Shown in pieces: positions 1 through 13,052 of a stretch of 64,000 bases of DNA. The notes under the pieces are model-generated. The model did not search any database. It worked only from the letters and a program-made list of their open reading frames with translations, and was not told where the DNA came from. The position numbers and the translations under genes are program-made. This DNA is from Mobula hypostoma (lineage: Eukaryota). Position 1 is the stretch's first letter, and each line of letters starts with the position of its first letter. The stretch covers positions 36,458,001 through 36,522,000 of the forward strand of contig NC_086097.1 of NCBI RefSeq assembly GCF_963921235.1, written 5' to 3'.

Positions 1-655
1 CAACGGGGACATAAAGATCCTAGCCAGAGGCTCAGCAATCTCTTCTCTCGCCTCGTGGAGCAGCCTGGGGAATATTCCATCAGGCCCTGGGGACTTATCT
101 GTCCTAATGTATTTTAACAACTCCAACACCTCCTCTCCCTTAATATCAACATGCTCCAGAACATCAACCTCACTCATATTGTTCTCACCATCATCAAGTT
201 CCCTCTCATTGGTGAATACCGAAGAGAAGTATTCATTGAGGACCTCGCTCACTTCCACAGCCTCCAGGCACATCTTCCCACCTTTATCTCTAATCAGTTC
301 TACCTTCACTCCTGTCATCCTTTTTTTCTTCACATAATTGAAGAATGCCTTGGGGTTTTCCTTTACCCTACTCGCCAAAGCCTTCTCATGCCCCCTTCTT
401 GCTCTTCTCAGCCCCTTCTTAAGCTCCTTTCTTGCTTCCCTATATTCCTCAATAGACCCATCTGATCCTTGCTTCCTAAACCTCATGTATGCTGCCTTCT
501 TCCACCTGACTAGATTTTCCACCTCACTTGTCACCCATGGTTCCTTCACCCTACCATTCTTTGTCTTCCTCACCAGGACAAATTTATCCCTAACATCCCA
601 CAAGAGATCTCTAAACATCGACCACATGTCCATAGTACATTTCCCTGCAAAAACA

Positions 656-1393
656 TCATCCCAATTCACACCCGCAAATTATAGCCTTATAATTTGCCTT
701 TCCCCAATTAAAAATTTTCCTGTCCTCTCTGATTCTATCCTTTTCCATGATAATGCTAAAGGCCAGGGAGCGGTGGTCACTGTCCCCCATATGCTCACCC
801 ACTGAGAGATCTGTGACCTGACCCAGTTTATTACCTAGTACTAGATCTAGTATGGCATTCCCCCTGGTCGGCCTGTCCACATACTGTGACAGGAATCCGT
901 CCTGGACACACTTCACAAACTCTGCCCCATCTAAACCCTTGGAACTAATCAGGTGCCAATCAATATTAGGGAAGTTAAAGTCACCCATGATAACAACCCT
1001 GTTATTTTTGCACCTTTCCAAAATCTGCCTCCCAATCTGCTCCTCTGTATCTCTGCTGCTACCAGGGGGCCTATAGAATACCCCCAATAGAGTAACTGCT
1101 CCATTCCTGTTCCTGACTTCCACCCATATTGACTCAAAAGAAGATCCTGCTACATTACCCCCCCTTTCTGTAGCTGTAATAGTATCCCTGACCAGTAATG
1201 CCACCCCTCCTCCCTTTTTCTCGCCCTCTCTATCCCTTTTAAAGCACTGAAATCCAGTAATATTGAGAATCCATTTCTGCCCTGGTGCCAGCCAAGTCTC
1301 TGTAATGGCCACTACATCATAATTCCATGTATGTATCCAAGCTCTCAGTTCATCACCTTTGTTCCTGATGTTCTTGCATTGAGGTACACACAT
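656..1393 (-). CDS. CR1 ORF2 N-terminal apurinic-like endonuclease domain (frameshifted downstream)
   Basis: Motifs VAITETW, GGGVALLV, YRPP, MGDFNFP, PTRGNAILDLVL, SDH. Confidence 0.85.
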   Translation of the reverse strand: MCVPQCKNIRNKGDELRAWIHTWNYDVVAITETWLAPGQKWILNITGFQCFKRDREGEKKGGGVALLVRDTITATERGGNVAGSSFESIWVEVRNRNGAVTLLGVFYRPPGSSRDTEEQIGRQILERCKNNRVVIMGDFNFPNIDWHLISSKGLDGAEFVKCVQDGFLSQYVDRPTRGNAILDLVLGNKLGQVTDLSVGEHMGDSDHRSLAFSIIMEKDRIREDRKIFNWGKANYKAIICGCELG

Positions 1394-1533
1394 TTCAGCC
1401 CTTCTACCTTACTGTCTTTAGAACCGTTTATTCTGCTTCTCTTTCCTCAAAGCCCCTCTGTATGTTAGATCTGACTTTACTCCATGCACTTCTTTCACTG
1501 CTCTATCGCTCTGGGTCCCATCCTCCTCGCAAA

Positions 1534-2037
1534 TTAGTTTAAGCCCTCCCGAACCATGCTAACAAACCTACCTGCAAGGATATTGCTCCCCCTCGAGTTC
1601 AGGTGCAACCCATCCAATCTGTACAGGTCCCACCTTCCCCAGAAGAGATCCCAATGATCTAAAAATCTAAAACCCTGCTCACTGCACCAACTCCTCAGCC
1701 ACGCATTCAACTGCCATCTCCTCCAATTCTTGCCATCACTGTCACGTAGCACTGGCAGCAATCCTGAGAACGCCACCCTTGAGGTCCTGTTCTTCAGCCT
1801 TCTGCCTAGTTCCCGAAACTCACACTTCAGGACCTCATCCCTCTTCCTGCCTATGTTGTTAGTCCCAACATGTATCACGACTTCTGGTTGCTTTCCCTCT
1901 CGTACCAGGATGTCGTGCACCTGGTCAGAGACATCCCAGACCCTGGCACCTGGGAGGCAACAAACCATGCGGGTGTCCTTCTCACGTCCACAAAATCTCC
2001 TGTCTACTCCCCTGACTATAGAGTCTCCAATGACGAC
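1534..2037 (-). CDS. CR1 ORF1 SGNH/GDSL esterase domain (partial)
   Basis: VIGDSIVR, CLPGARV, HVGTN and DGLHLN blocks of the SGNH hydrolase found in CR1 ORF1. The N-terminus of the listed ORF 1534..2073 is read from flanking sequence. Confidence 0.88.
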   Translation of the reverse strand, partial: VVIGDSIVRGVDRRFCGREKDTRMVCCLPGARVWDVSDQVHDILVREGKQPEVVIHVGTNNIGRKRDEVLKCEFRELGRRLKNRTSRVAFSGLLPVLRDSDGKNWRRWQLNAWLRSWCSEQGFRFLDHWDLFWGRWDLYRLDGLHLNSRGSNILAGRFVSMVREGLN

Positions 2038-2039
2038 AG

Positions 2040-2243
2040 GGACAAGGGACAAGGGCGGTCCCGATTGGGACAAACCAATTTAGCCCAATATGTGGGATGT
2101 CCCAGCAAATACGGGACAGTTGGCAACCCTATGTTCAAGTTCAACAGTGCATGACAGGGAATGAGGAAAGGTGCAGCTGACTCATATCATTTCCTCACTG
2201 TCCGGTAGCACATGCTTTGCAGCCTGGTGGTTGGGGACTGCTG
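2040..2243. mobile_element. Remnant ends of non-autonomous hAT-type DNA transposons
   Basis: GGGAC-rich subterminal repeats ending in ...GTTGGCAACCCTA, then a second end ...GGTTGGGGACTGCTG resembling a Charlie-type TIR. Confidence 0.45.
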
Positions 2244-2244
2244 C

Positions 2245-3050
2245 TCTATGACACCACAGTCGTTGGCCAAATCAAAAGTTGTGACGAGTGAGCATGTAGA
2301 AGGAAGAATGAAAATCTGGCTGAGCAGTACCACAACAACAACTTCTCATTCCACATCAGTAGACCAAAGAGCTCATTATTAACTTCAGGAGGAGGAAACT
2401 GGAGGTCCATGAGTTGGTTCTCATCAGGGGATCAGAGCTGAAGAGGGTCACTAACTTTAAATTCCTCTGTATTATCATTTCAGAGGACCTGTCCTAGACC
2501 CAGCACACAAGTGCCATTACAAAGAAAGCACGGCAGTGCCTCTACTTTCTTAGAAGTTTGCAAAAATTTGACTTTGATAAACTTCTATAGATGCGTGGTG
2601 GAGAATATATTGACTGTTTGTATCACGGCCCAGTATGGAAACACCGATGGCCTTGAACAGAAAAGCCTACAGAAAGTAGCCCAGTCCATCATGGGTTAAG
2701 CCCTCCCCACCACAGAGCACTGCCACAGGGGATAACTTCACTCAACTTTATTTACCTTATAACTGAACTGTTTCTATAACCTATGGACTCACTTTCAAGA
2801 ACTCTTCACCTCATGTTCTGAATATTTTTTGCTTATTTTATTATTATTATCATCACCATTTTTTCTTTTTGGATTTTCACAGTTTGTCATTTTTTGCACA
2901 TAGACTGTTTGTCCGCCCTATTGGGGGCGGTCTTCCATTTATTCAATTCTATTTCTATATTTACTGTGAATGCCCACAAGAAAATGTACTTTAGGGTTGT
3001 ATATGGTGATATACAAGTACTTTGATAATAAACTTACCTTGAACTTGAAG
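2245..3050 (+). mobile_element. Rex1/Babar-type LINE 3' fragment (degraded RT C-terminus and 3' UTR)
   Basis: Translates to KFL-IISEDL, KKARQ-LYFLRSL and INFYRCVVENILT-CIT-YG. Ends in AATAAA plus a CTTGAA repeat. Confidence 0.8.
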
Positions 3051-3560
3051 ATGCATCTGTACATCAATACTATCAAGGGGTCTACCATTACTTTCTCCTA
3101 TGTTCTTCTTTCATTTGAAATTCCAATATGCAACCCCTCACATTTGCCCACATTAAACTCCATCTGCCACTTCTCTGCCCATATCTGTACCTGATCTATA
3201 TCCCTCTGTATTCTGGATAGTTCATTGTGCAGTTCACAATACCACCAATCTTGGTGTCAGTAGTAGACTTGCCTATCCATCCAAATCATTGATTTAAATC
3301 ATGAACAATGGAGGTCCCATCACCAATCCTTGCAGAACGTCACTGATCATGGACCTTCAGCCAGAATAACACCTGTCCGACCTACCTGTGGCTTCCATGG
3401 GCAAAGCCAGTTCTGAATCCATACTTGCACCTTAGATCCTATGCATCTTCTGAATTAACCTACCATGAATACTATTAAGTGGCTTACTGAAATCCATGTA
3501 GATAACATCCACAGCCACATCCTCATCAAATACCTTTGACACCTCCTCAGAAAGCCGCTG
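3050..3560 (-). mobile_element. Degraded CR1 RT fragment
   Basis: Similar to the RT region of the other CR1 copies (aactccatctgccacttctc; aaatccatgtagataacatccac). Confidence 0.7.
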
Positions 3561-3759
3561 TCAAGTTCTTAAGGCACACAAAGACTCCCAAGATCGGTTT
3601 TTGCCCCTAGATTCAGATCTACCCATTCTGGGAGTAGTAGATTGAATCTACCTAGTCATGTGGACTACTTGCTTAAAACATGGAGCAGTACAATACAGGA
3701 GCAGGCTCTTCAGGCCACAATGTTGTGCCAAGCTAATTAGATGAAGCTCAATGTGTTAG

Positions 3760-4275
3760 TCAAGCACATGGTTGGAAAGGGAATCCATCAGGGTTGAACA
3801 CCGCCCCCCCTCTTCTATCGCTGGCCAATATTTCAAAGGTGCATCATCTTCATACTATGGTCTACATCCTTGGAGTTTTCATCGACGTCCATGCCAAGAG
3901 CTCACTATCCAATTCCCTACCAACCACCAGGGAGAAGGTGCAGAAGCCTGAAGTCCCAGGCCATGAGCTTCAGGAACAGCTACCTTCTAAGAACCTCAGG
4001 TTCTTGAACCAGCATGCACAATCCTAATCCTACCTCAGCAATGGAACACGATGCACCTTCACCTCTGTTGCACTACCATAGACTGACACCTACTTTTATT
4101 TGTTGCACTAATGTCTTGTTTTGCACTGTCTTTTAATTCTCTTCACCATCTGGTGTAATTTGTGTATGGTCTTATTCTGTGTTGTTTGAATTTATGTGCC
4201 TGTGATGCAGCTGCAAGTTTTTATTTGTACCTGTATCTCAGCATACTTGTAAACATGATATTAAATTTGATTTGA
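3760..4275 (+). mobile_element. Degraded Rex1/Babar-type 3' end
   Basis: ggtgcagaagcctgaag...cttcaggaacagct motif shared with 41762-42207, followed by a T-rich 3' UTR. Confidence 0.55.
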
Positions 4276-5679
4276 CAATTGCAATTATCAGTTAACCTCC
4301 AAAATTACAGACCGCTTTCTCCTGAAACACTGCAAGTGATAGTTTTGCTTCAGTTTAGGAAGAGTCATAGAAAAATATAGCACAGAAACAGGCCCTTCAG
4401 CCCATCTAGTTTGTGCCAAACTGAGTCTTAGCCCAAAATGTTGAATCTTTATTCCTTTCCATTGATGTTGCCTGACCTGCTAAGTTCTTCCAGCATGTGT
4501 GTGTTGCTTTCCATTTCCAGCATCTACAGAAGCTCATGTTTATGACTTGCTGCAGTTCTGTCTTGTCTCCTTTGAGTAAATAATTGACTCGTGATTAAAT
4601 GGGTTGTGGATGCTACATGATACAGACTGATGGCATAGCCATCATCACCAACTCTTAGCGTGGGAAGTGGCAATCATGAATCAACATCTTACTAATTTGA
4701 GCAGCAGCAGCATTACATCATAACTTTTCTCCCTTAACTATCCCGCTGTAGCGCTAGCATCTTCCCTTGCTTACCAATGTTTACAACAGCACCGACAGGT
4801 TAGTTGTCAGCTGTGCACAAGCCCTGAGTAACAAATGACAAAAACGAGCAGGAGTTCCTTATTCTGTGATGAAATTCTTTCAAGAGATTACAGTAATCAG
4901 AGTGCAACAGCTGATGCTAAGGAAACCTTCTCTCTCTTTACCCCTTCTGCTATGATGACCATCCCACATTAAATGTGCCAAGAATCAAGGCAGATCCAAG
5001 ACCAGACCCTGTCACCTGACTGCATTATGTTTGTGGACAGAAAGTCTTTCTTCTAAGTTAAAACTCCTCTGCCCAAACAATAAAAGTCCCAACTTCTGCT
5101 TTTGATCTTAAATGGAGTCGTACACTGCTTGAGCACAGAAGTCTCGCTCTGAATTCCTCTGAAGTCTTCTTCTCTGAATTACAACTGCAGGCTACCAACT
5201 AACAATTACAACTACCATTTTTAAAATGCCATGGGCATAGTATTAAATTACGTTGAAGGTGATTAGACACAAGTTCAGTTGTTGCAATGGATTACTTCAA
5301 TAAGATTGCAGACACAACTCAGCAGCTACACTTATGTTGTTAAGCCGTGCTAACCACATATCGACATGAAGTGCTTTGTGTGCAGACAAACCCTGCAAGC
5401 TGGTATTTCTAAAACGTCTATTAATAAAATGGAGGCATGAAGCTTGCATTTTGCAATGGTATTGCGAATGTTGTAGCTTGGTACCAAGTAAGAACAAAAG
5501 CAGATCAGCTTGGCTTAAGGAAAGATCAGGTATCCTTGTGGAGTCAGAATTAGGTGGATTGAACAAGAATGAATGAGCACATTCCTTACCTCATTTTAAC
5601 TAACTTTCCCCTGCGTTTTGCCAAGCAGAGGAACTTAAAATGGGCTACAAAAATAAAAGCAGTTTTCCATCAATATTTG

Positions 5680-6225
5680 AAGTTGAAATTGTGTACAGCT
5701 TCGGTCCAGCCACATCGAATATCGTGTGCGGTTCTGATTATTGCTTTACAGAAAGAACGTGTAGGCTTTCAGAGGGGGCAGTTCTTCACCAGGCTCTTGC
5801 CTGGATTAGAGAGCAAGGAGAGGTTGGATAAACTGGGCATTGATTTCATGAACTGTCAGAGGCTGGTGGCATCAAAATTATGAGAGGCATCGAGAGGTTA
5901 GATAGTGTCATTTTACCCAAGGGTAGAAATGCTAAGTACTAGAGGGCATGGCATTAAGGTGAGAGGAAGAATGTTTAAAGAATATTTGAAGCATGTGCTT
6001 TCTTCCTCTTCAGAGAGTGGTATGTGCCTGAAACCTGCAGCCATGGGAAGTGGTAGAAGCAGATAAGATACCAACATCGAAGAGGCAGTTAGATGGGCAC
6101 ATGAACAAATAGAGAAAGGAAGGATATGAATCGAGTGCAGGCAGATAGGACTAGCTAAATTGGTATCATAGTCGACAAAAATAGAGTGGGCAGAGGGGCC
6201 TGTAGAGTTCTGTTCCGCTTTCTAT
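5680..6225 (+). mobile_element. Degraded CR1 3' fragment
   Basis: Similar to the C-terminus and 3' UTR of the CR1 at 18376-20885. Confidence 0.7.
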
Positions 6226-6663
6226 ATTCATTGCAGCTCTCAAAGTGGCTGATTTAATCAGTAGTACTGGGTGTCTTGAGTATCACAAACCACAGGTCCT
6301 TTGTTAGGATGTCTATCTCTCTGTCTATTTATTTCCAGGATGTGACAACAGTTGGCAAGATATGCATTTATCAACCATGCCTACTGTACGTAAACTAGCA
6401 AAGGTGCATGAGACCTAGCTTGGACTGCAGCAGTCCCATTTCTTCAATGCCAGTAGCAAACAGATTTTGGATCTTGACTTGGGGATGTTGAAAAGTTAGC
6501 AGTTATGTTTCCATCTCAGGTTAGAAAGGCAGCTTGGGAGGGGAAAGTGTAGGTGGCTATGTTCCCATGAGCCTACCTGCTAGAATGGGGACCCGTGAGT
6601 TTGGATGGTGTCGGTGAAGAAGATTTGGCATGTTACAGGAGCACAACAAGTGGATAGAACACT

Positions 6664-6910
6664 TGTGTATTTAATATTTCAGTGATATTTGAGTAATATT
6701 GCAAATATATTATTTGATTAAGCATTATTCATGTTGTTTACATAGAACCTTGTGGGTTATACGTAAAAGTATGTAAACAGCATACGGTACGTCATCGCTC
6801 CACCATGTGATACACCTTGCTTAAAGTAAAAACTAAGTTAGACGCGCGTTTCAGGATCCTATCTTTGTCGTTCTATCATTATAATGTTTTGGAGAGTATA
6901 TAACATAACA
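6664..6910 (+). repeat. Gypsy 5' LTR
   Basis: TG...CA termini, followed by gaggtgatgagga (degenerate TGGCGACGAGG-type PBS). Reverse-complement homolog at ~39331-39536. Confidence 0.7.
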
Positions 6911-8530
6911 GAGGTGATGAGGAAGTTTTGAATGAACCTGAAACTTAGTGAGACATTTGAGTTTTTTTTTAAAAGCACAGCGAGAAATGGTTGAGTTAAG
7001 GAAAAAGGAAAAACACGTTTTTCATCTTCAGATAAAGCATGTTTTCCTCACTAAAGGAAAGACAATCAATGTAAAAAAAAAAGGACGCATTCACATAAAC
7101 AGTAAGTACCGGGTGATAATAATCATTTTTTTTAAAAAAGCAGAAATGGCTGGCTACAATGGAAAGATTGACATGTTTGATAGCTCAATGGATTACTAGC
7201 TCATGTATACTGAGCAAATTGAGCAGCATTCTGAAGCAAATAAAATAGTCAATCAGAAGTGAGTACCAGTTTTGCTGAGCGCATTGGGTTTAAATGCATA
7301 TAGGGTGCATAGAAATTTGATGTCTCCCAAAAAAAAACCCAGCTGAAATGTGGTTGGCTGATATCGTGAAAGTAGTGCAGGAACGTTTAGAACCAAAACC
7401 ATTGTTGAGTGCAGAACACTTTACGTTTCATAAGTGGAATCAAAAAGAAGGGGAGTCCATTTCAGCAGACGTGGCTGAATTGAAGAGATTGTCTGAGTAC
7501 TGTCAGTTTGGTAATGGGCTTAAAGATGCTCTGGAAGATCATCTGGTTTGTGAAATCTTACAAGAAAACATTCAAAAAACGGCTCCTAACTGAAGAACAA
7601 CTTACATTTAAAAGAGCAGTTGAAATAGCCGCATCAGTGGAAACAGTAGACAGAAACACAATTGAGTTGCAGTCAGGAATGAAAGTGAGCGTGAACAAAA
7701 CTGTGATATTGAGACAAAGGCCAGCCCGGCTGAACAAATTGTGTTACCATTATAACAGGGGCTCACATACCCCAGATCAATGCAGGTATTAAGGTGAAAC
7801 TTGCAGAAAATTCAATAAAGTAGGACACATATAAAGAGCATGTTGGCGGACAAAAATTAATAGACTGCAGTTTCAAAAAGAGCGCTGAACAGCATGCTGT
7901 GAATGAAAATTCTGATAATGATGAGAGTGCCACAGGGCTGAGATTTTTAATGTGAAAACCAACCATGGACAAGCAATATGATTCACCACAGAAGTGAATG
8001 GCAAATTGATTAAAGTGGAATTGCACTATGGCTCGGCTGTTTCAGTCATTCTACAAAATTAGTTTGAATAGCATTCCAATGATTCTAAACTGAAGCCTGC
8101 AGATACCCAAGAACTTACATTGGAGAAAAGATAACTCCTGTGGAAATGACATTTGTAACAGTAAAATACTAAAACCAACAAAGCCTCATTGGGCTTGGTT
8201 ATGGCAAAAACAGAATGGCCAGCATTTGTTGGGCCATAATTGGTCGAGACAACTCGATTGGAGACCTATACACCACTTGCATACGACATCCCCGTAACAG
8301 AGTCAACTGAAAGCAAATTAAGAAAAGTAGAGGATGATGCTACCGCAGTATTCAAATATGGCATTGGAAAATTCAAAAATATCAAGGATAAAAGTGTTAA
8401 ATGAAAATACCACACTGAGGTTTGTCAAAGCCCATCCAGTTCTTCATACCATCTGTGATAAAGTAGCCAATGAGCTAGATCGTTTGGAGGCTGAAGGAAC
8501 ACTTTCCAAGGTACAGTGGAACCCACGGCA
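6664..8530 (+). mobile_element. Gypsy LTR retrotransposon remnant: 5' LTR, degenerate PBS, gag-protease pseudogene
   Basis: Gag fragments (EPKPLLSAEHFTFHKWNQKEGESI..AELKRLSEYCQFG; KRLLTE.QLTFKRAVEIA) and a protease-region remnant. Ends at ELDRLEAEGTLSKV. Homologous copy on the minus strand at 28957-39536. Confidence 0.85.
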
Positions 8531-9159
8531 AGTTCAGACTACTGAGGTGCCACCAAATCATTCATAGGCAAGGATATCGGTCTGCCAACCAGGGCCATTA
8601 TTTGTCATGGGTCCCCATGGAACTGCTTCCAAATGGCTTTCAAACAAAAAGAGCACAAATTAATCAAAGGCTAGAAGTGGTAATTAATAAGATGTTTCTG
8701 TGTCCATGCCTGACCTAATGGAAAGGAGATCCATGGAACCTGGAATTAACATTTGGGTCCTCTAGGGCTGTTTTCATTCGGCGGTACAACACTGTACTGC
8801 CACATTTAGTGGGTCTGTTCTGCCCGTGAGATAATGATGGATTTGTCAAACGCAGAAGGTCTATTTTTGTGAAAACGCCCATGTTTAATGGTACTTTAAA
8901 CAGAAAGATGTGCTACTGATGCACTTTAGAAGCTTAATGGATTCATAAAATCTATCAAGATGGAGATACCAGACCCAATTTCTTGACTTTCCTACATCCC
9001 AGTAAGAATGCAATGGGGGGAGAATATGGGAGAAATTAATTTCTGAGCAGTCAACCATTAAAATAGAGCATAAATGTGGAGCTCTATAACTATAACAGAG
9101 TACATGATTGCCTGGAATGATTATAGAAAATACATGGGAGGTTTTGGAGGGTGATTTCA

Positions 9160-11945
9160 CCATGAAATAGATTCATACTAAAAGAATGGCATCAAATCAG
9201 AGAAAGATGTGACATAGGATCGGAAGATGTTGAATCCTTGTAGGTTGAATGAAGAAACTGCGAGGATAATAGGACCCTGATGACAGTTATATATGGGCCT
9301 CCCAACATTAGCTGGGATGTGGATCACAGATTGCAATGGAAAATAGAAAAGGCATGTCTAAAGGGCAATGTTATGATAGTCATGGGAGAGTGCAACATGC
9401 AGGTCGATTGGGAAAATCAGATTAGTAATGGATCTCAAGGGAGAGAGTTGGTTGAATGCCTATGAGATGGCTTTTTAGAGTGTTTGTCATTGAGCCGACT
9501 GGGGATCAGCTATACTGGATTGGGTGCGTGTAATGAACCAGAGGTGATTAGAGGGGGAGGGGAGGGAACATCGACTCAGACCATGAGAGGCCTGCGTCGG
9601 GCATTTTCATGCCTTACAAGCCGCAGATTGGAAGTCTGTGTGGGGCACCACTCCTCGCACAGACTAAAGCAATGTGTGATTAAGTGCCTTGCTCAAGGGC
9701 ACAAACACGCTGCCACAGCCGAGGCTCAAACTAGCATCCTTGAGGTAACTAGACGAATGCCTTAACCACTTGGCCACGTGCCCAAGTGATTAGAGAGCTT
9801 AACATAAAAGAACCCTTGGAGACATGTAATCACAATATGACCGAGTTCAAGTTGAAATTTGATAGAGAGAAAGTAAAGTCTGACGTAGCAGTATATCAGT
9901 GGAGTAAAGGAAATTACAGTGGTATAGAAGAGTATTTGGCCAAAGTAAATTGGAAGGAGATGCTGGCAGGGATGACAGCAGAGTAGCAAAGGTGTGAGTT
10001 TCTAGGAAAAATGAGGAAGGTGCAGGATAGATGTATTCCAAAAATGAAAAAAATACTCAAATGGCAAAATAGTACACCCATGGCTGACAAGAGAAGTCAA
10101 AGCTAATGTAAAAGCAAAAGAGAGAGAATACAATAAAGCAAAAATTAGCAAGAAAAGAGAGGATTGGGAAGCTTTTAAAAACCTACAACTAAGAGAATCA
10201 TAAGGTGGAAAAAGATGAAATATGAAAGCAGGCTAGCAAGCTAGATAGTAAAATCTATTTCCAATATGTAAAAAAAATAAGACATGATAGTGGTTACAGG
10301 ACTGTTAGAAAATGAGGCCAGATAAATAATACCAGGGGCCAAGGAGATGGCTGATGAACTGAATGAGTATTTTGCATCAGGCTTCACTGTGGAAGACACT
10401 AGCAGTGTGCCAGATGTTGAAGTGTGTGAGGGAAGAGAAGTGAGTGCAGTTACTATTACAAGAGAGAAGGGGCTCAAAAAGCTGAAAGAACCAAGGGTAC
10501 ATAAGTCACCCAGACCAGATGAACTGCACCCTAGGGTTTTGAAAGAGGTAGAGGTAGAGATTGTAGAGGCATTAGTAATAATCTTTCAAATATCATTGGA
10601 CTCTGGCATGGTGCCAGAGGACTGGAAAATTGCAAATGTCACTCCACCCTTTAAGAAAGGAGGAAGGCAGCAGAAAGGAAATTATAAACCAGCTAACCTG
10701 ACAATAGTGGTTGGGAAGATGTTGGAGTCAGCATGCTTCCTTAAGGGAAAATCTTGCCTGATGAACCTATTGGAATTCTTTGAGGAGATTATAAGTAGGA
10801 TTGACAAAGGGGATATAGTGGATGTTGTATATTTGGACTTTCAGAAGGCCTTTGACAAGGTGCAACACATGAGGCTGCTTACAAAGTTGAGCCCATGGTA
10901 TTGCAGGAAAGTTACTAAGATGGTTAGATCATTGGCTAATTGGTAGGAGACAGCAAGTGGGAATAAAAGGGTCTTTTTCTGGTTGGCTGCCAATGATTAG
11001 TGGTGTTCTGCAGGGGCTGGTGTGGGATCGTTTCTTTTTATGCTGTATATAATGACTTAATGATGGAATAGATGGCTTTGTTACCAAGTTTGCAGGTGAT
11101 ACAAAGATTGGTGGAGGGGCAGGCAGATACGCTGCAGAAGGACAGGTAAGAAGGATGGGCAAGAAAGTGGCAAATGAAATATAATGTTGGAAAATGCACG
11201 GTCATGCACTTTGGTACAGAAATAAATATGCAGATTGTTTTCTAAATGAGAAAATCTGAGATGCAAAGGGACTTGGGAGTCCTTGTGCGGACACCCTAAA
11301 AGTTAATTTGCAGGTTGAGTCAGGGGTGAGGAAGGCAAATGCCATGTTAGCATTCATTTCAAGAGGTCTAGAATACAAGAGCAAGGATGCGATGCTGAGG
11401 CTTTATAAGGCACTGGTGAGGCCCCATCTCGAGTATTGAGAACAGTTTTGGGCTCCTCATCTAAGAGAAGATGTGCTGGTATTGGAGAGGGTTCAGAGGA
11501 GGTTCACAAGGATGATTCCTGGAATGAAAGGGTTATCATATGATAAGAGTTTGATTGTTCTGGTCTATACTCACTGGAATTTGAAAGGATGGGGTGAGAG
11601 CTCTCATTGAAACCTTTGAACGTTGAAAGGCCTAGACAGAGTAGATGTGGAAAGGATGTTTCCCATGGTGGGGTGTCTAAAACAAAGGGGGGCATCCATT
11701 TAAAACAGAGATGCTGAGAAATTTCTTTATCCAGAGGATGGTGAATTTGTGGAATTTGTTACGCAGCTGAGGAGGCCATGTCGCTGGATGTATTTAAGGC
11801 AAAGACTAATATTGGTCACGGCATCAAAGAAATGCGGAGAAGGCTGGGGAGTGGGGCTGAGGAGGGGAAAAAGGATCAGCCATGTTTAAATGGCAGAGCA
11901 GACTCGAAGGGCCAAATATCCTTATTCTACTTCTGTGCCTTATCT
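9160..11945 (+). mobile_element. CR1 LINE ORF2 pseudogene with 3' end
   Basis: Endonuclease and RT fragments (IYGPPN; SGMVPEDWKIANVTP; VYLDFQKAFDKV) with many stops and frameshifts. Confidence 0.9.
9554..9785 (-). mobile_element. tRNA-derived SINE with CORE-like central domain, inserted in CR1
   Basis: Perfect TSD GTGATTAGAG (9544-9553, 9786-9795). Minus-strand head TGGCCAAGTGG (A box) and GTGCCCTTGAGCAAGGCACTT core-like motif. Confidence 0.8.
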
Positions 11946-12574
11946 ATAGAAAAAGGTCCTATGGCCTACTGAGTACCAGCAGACGTCAACCCCCATTTGT
12001 GCTAATCCTACATTAATCCCCACATCCCATGTCAAGACTGTGCAGCTCTGCTGCCTTATAATCATGGATTTGTTTATAGTTTCACACTTTATTATTAGTT
12101 CTGAAAGAATGTGTCCTGAAAATAGGTCAGTTGCAACAGCAGACAGGCACAGACTAGAGCAGCCAAAGGCAAACCACAGCTCTGAACAGACCTTACACTG
12201 TACAGCTGTCGGAGTGGCAGCACACTGCAAACAAGGGAACAAATGAGAGAGTTTTTTATTGTGAGCAATGGAACAAGGTCCTGAGCCAAGCATGTACCAG
12301 CGCAGCTTCCAAACTGACAGTCACATCTCAGCTTATGGGAAGTTTGCTCTTTTAAAGTTTTGTGTCCACTACACAGAAAAAATTGTATTATCAATCAATG
12401 TGGTCCAGCCAACCTGCAAGACTCACAGAAAAAAAAATCTGACAAGTACTCTACAAATTGAAGGGGAACTTGGCATAAAGATTGACTTCTGGCTGGTTCA
12501 ACTCCTGGAGCCAATTTCAGCCACTGCTTCAAATTCCTTATGCATATGGTTGCATCTGAGTTGTATTGCCTTTT

Positions 12575-12696
12575 CAAAGATTCAAAGATTCAAAAAACCT
12601 TATTGTCATTCTAACCGTACATTAGCTCTGCAGGGCAGAATGAGACAGCGTTTCCCAGGAGCAGTGCTATCATAACATAACAAACGCAACACTGAA
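12575..12696 (-). mobile_element. Short Rex1-type 3'-end insertion
   Basis: Tandem CAAAGATT tail. Flanked by tgccttttc / tgccctttc (imperfect TSD). Confidence 0.45.
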
Positions 12697-13052
12697 TGCC
12701 CTTTCCACTTCATTTATTCTTGCACTTCACTCCCAAATCTACAAAATTGATTTTTGCTTTTAATTCCCTTGGAGATTTTGTTACAGATAAAAACGCAAGA
12801 GTTTTCTCACTTGCGCATGGAGAAACTTTAACTCTCATATGAATGGAGAGATGGAGAGGTTGTGAGGTAGCAGGCTGACATGGGGAAAGCCATGGTAGTA
12901 TCATGGATGTGTAGAACTTGTTGATTGAGACAGCAAGGCCTCATTTATGCACACTCCTGCTCCCGGGCTGCCAAATGCACTGGCTGAGCAGGAATTGGGC
13001 TCAGCAGCACCTAATTCTCTGGGTGCTGGAAGAGCTTTGAAATGGCTCACCC

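Larger units (their letters stand above)
1..2037 (-). mobile_element. CR1-clade LINE, 5'-truncated inside ORF1 and running off the left edge of the window
   Basis: Minus strand carries an esterase ORF1 followed by an APE endonuclease. Bases 1-~890 align closely with 33220-34115 (same subfamily). Confidence 0.93.

Noticed and set aside
107..805. Plus-strand ORFs repeated at 33063-33917
   Set aside because: They are antisense shadows of CR1 ORF2.
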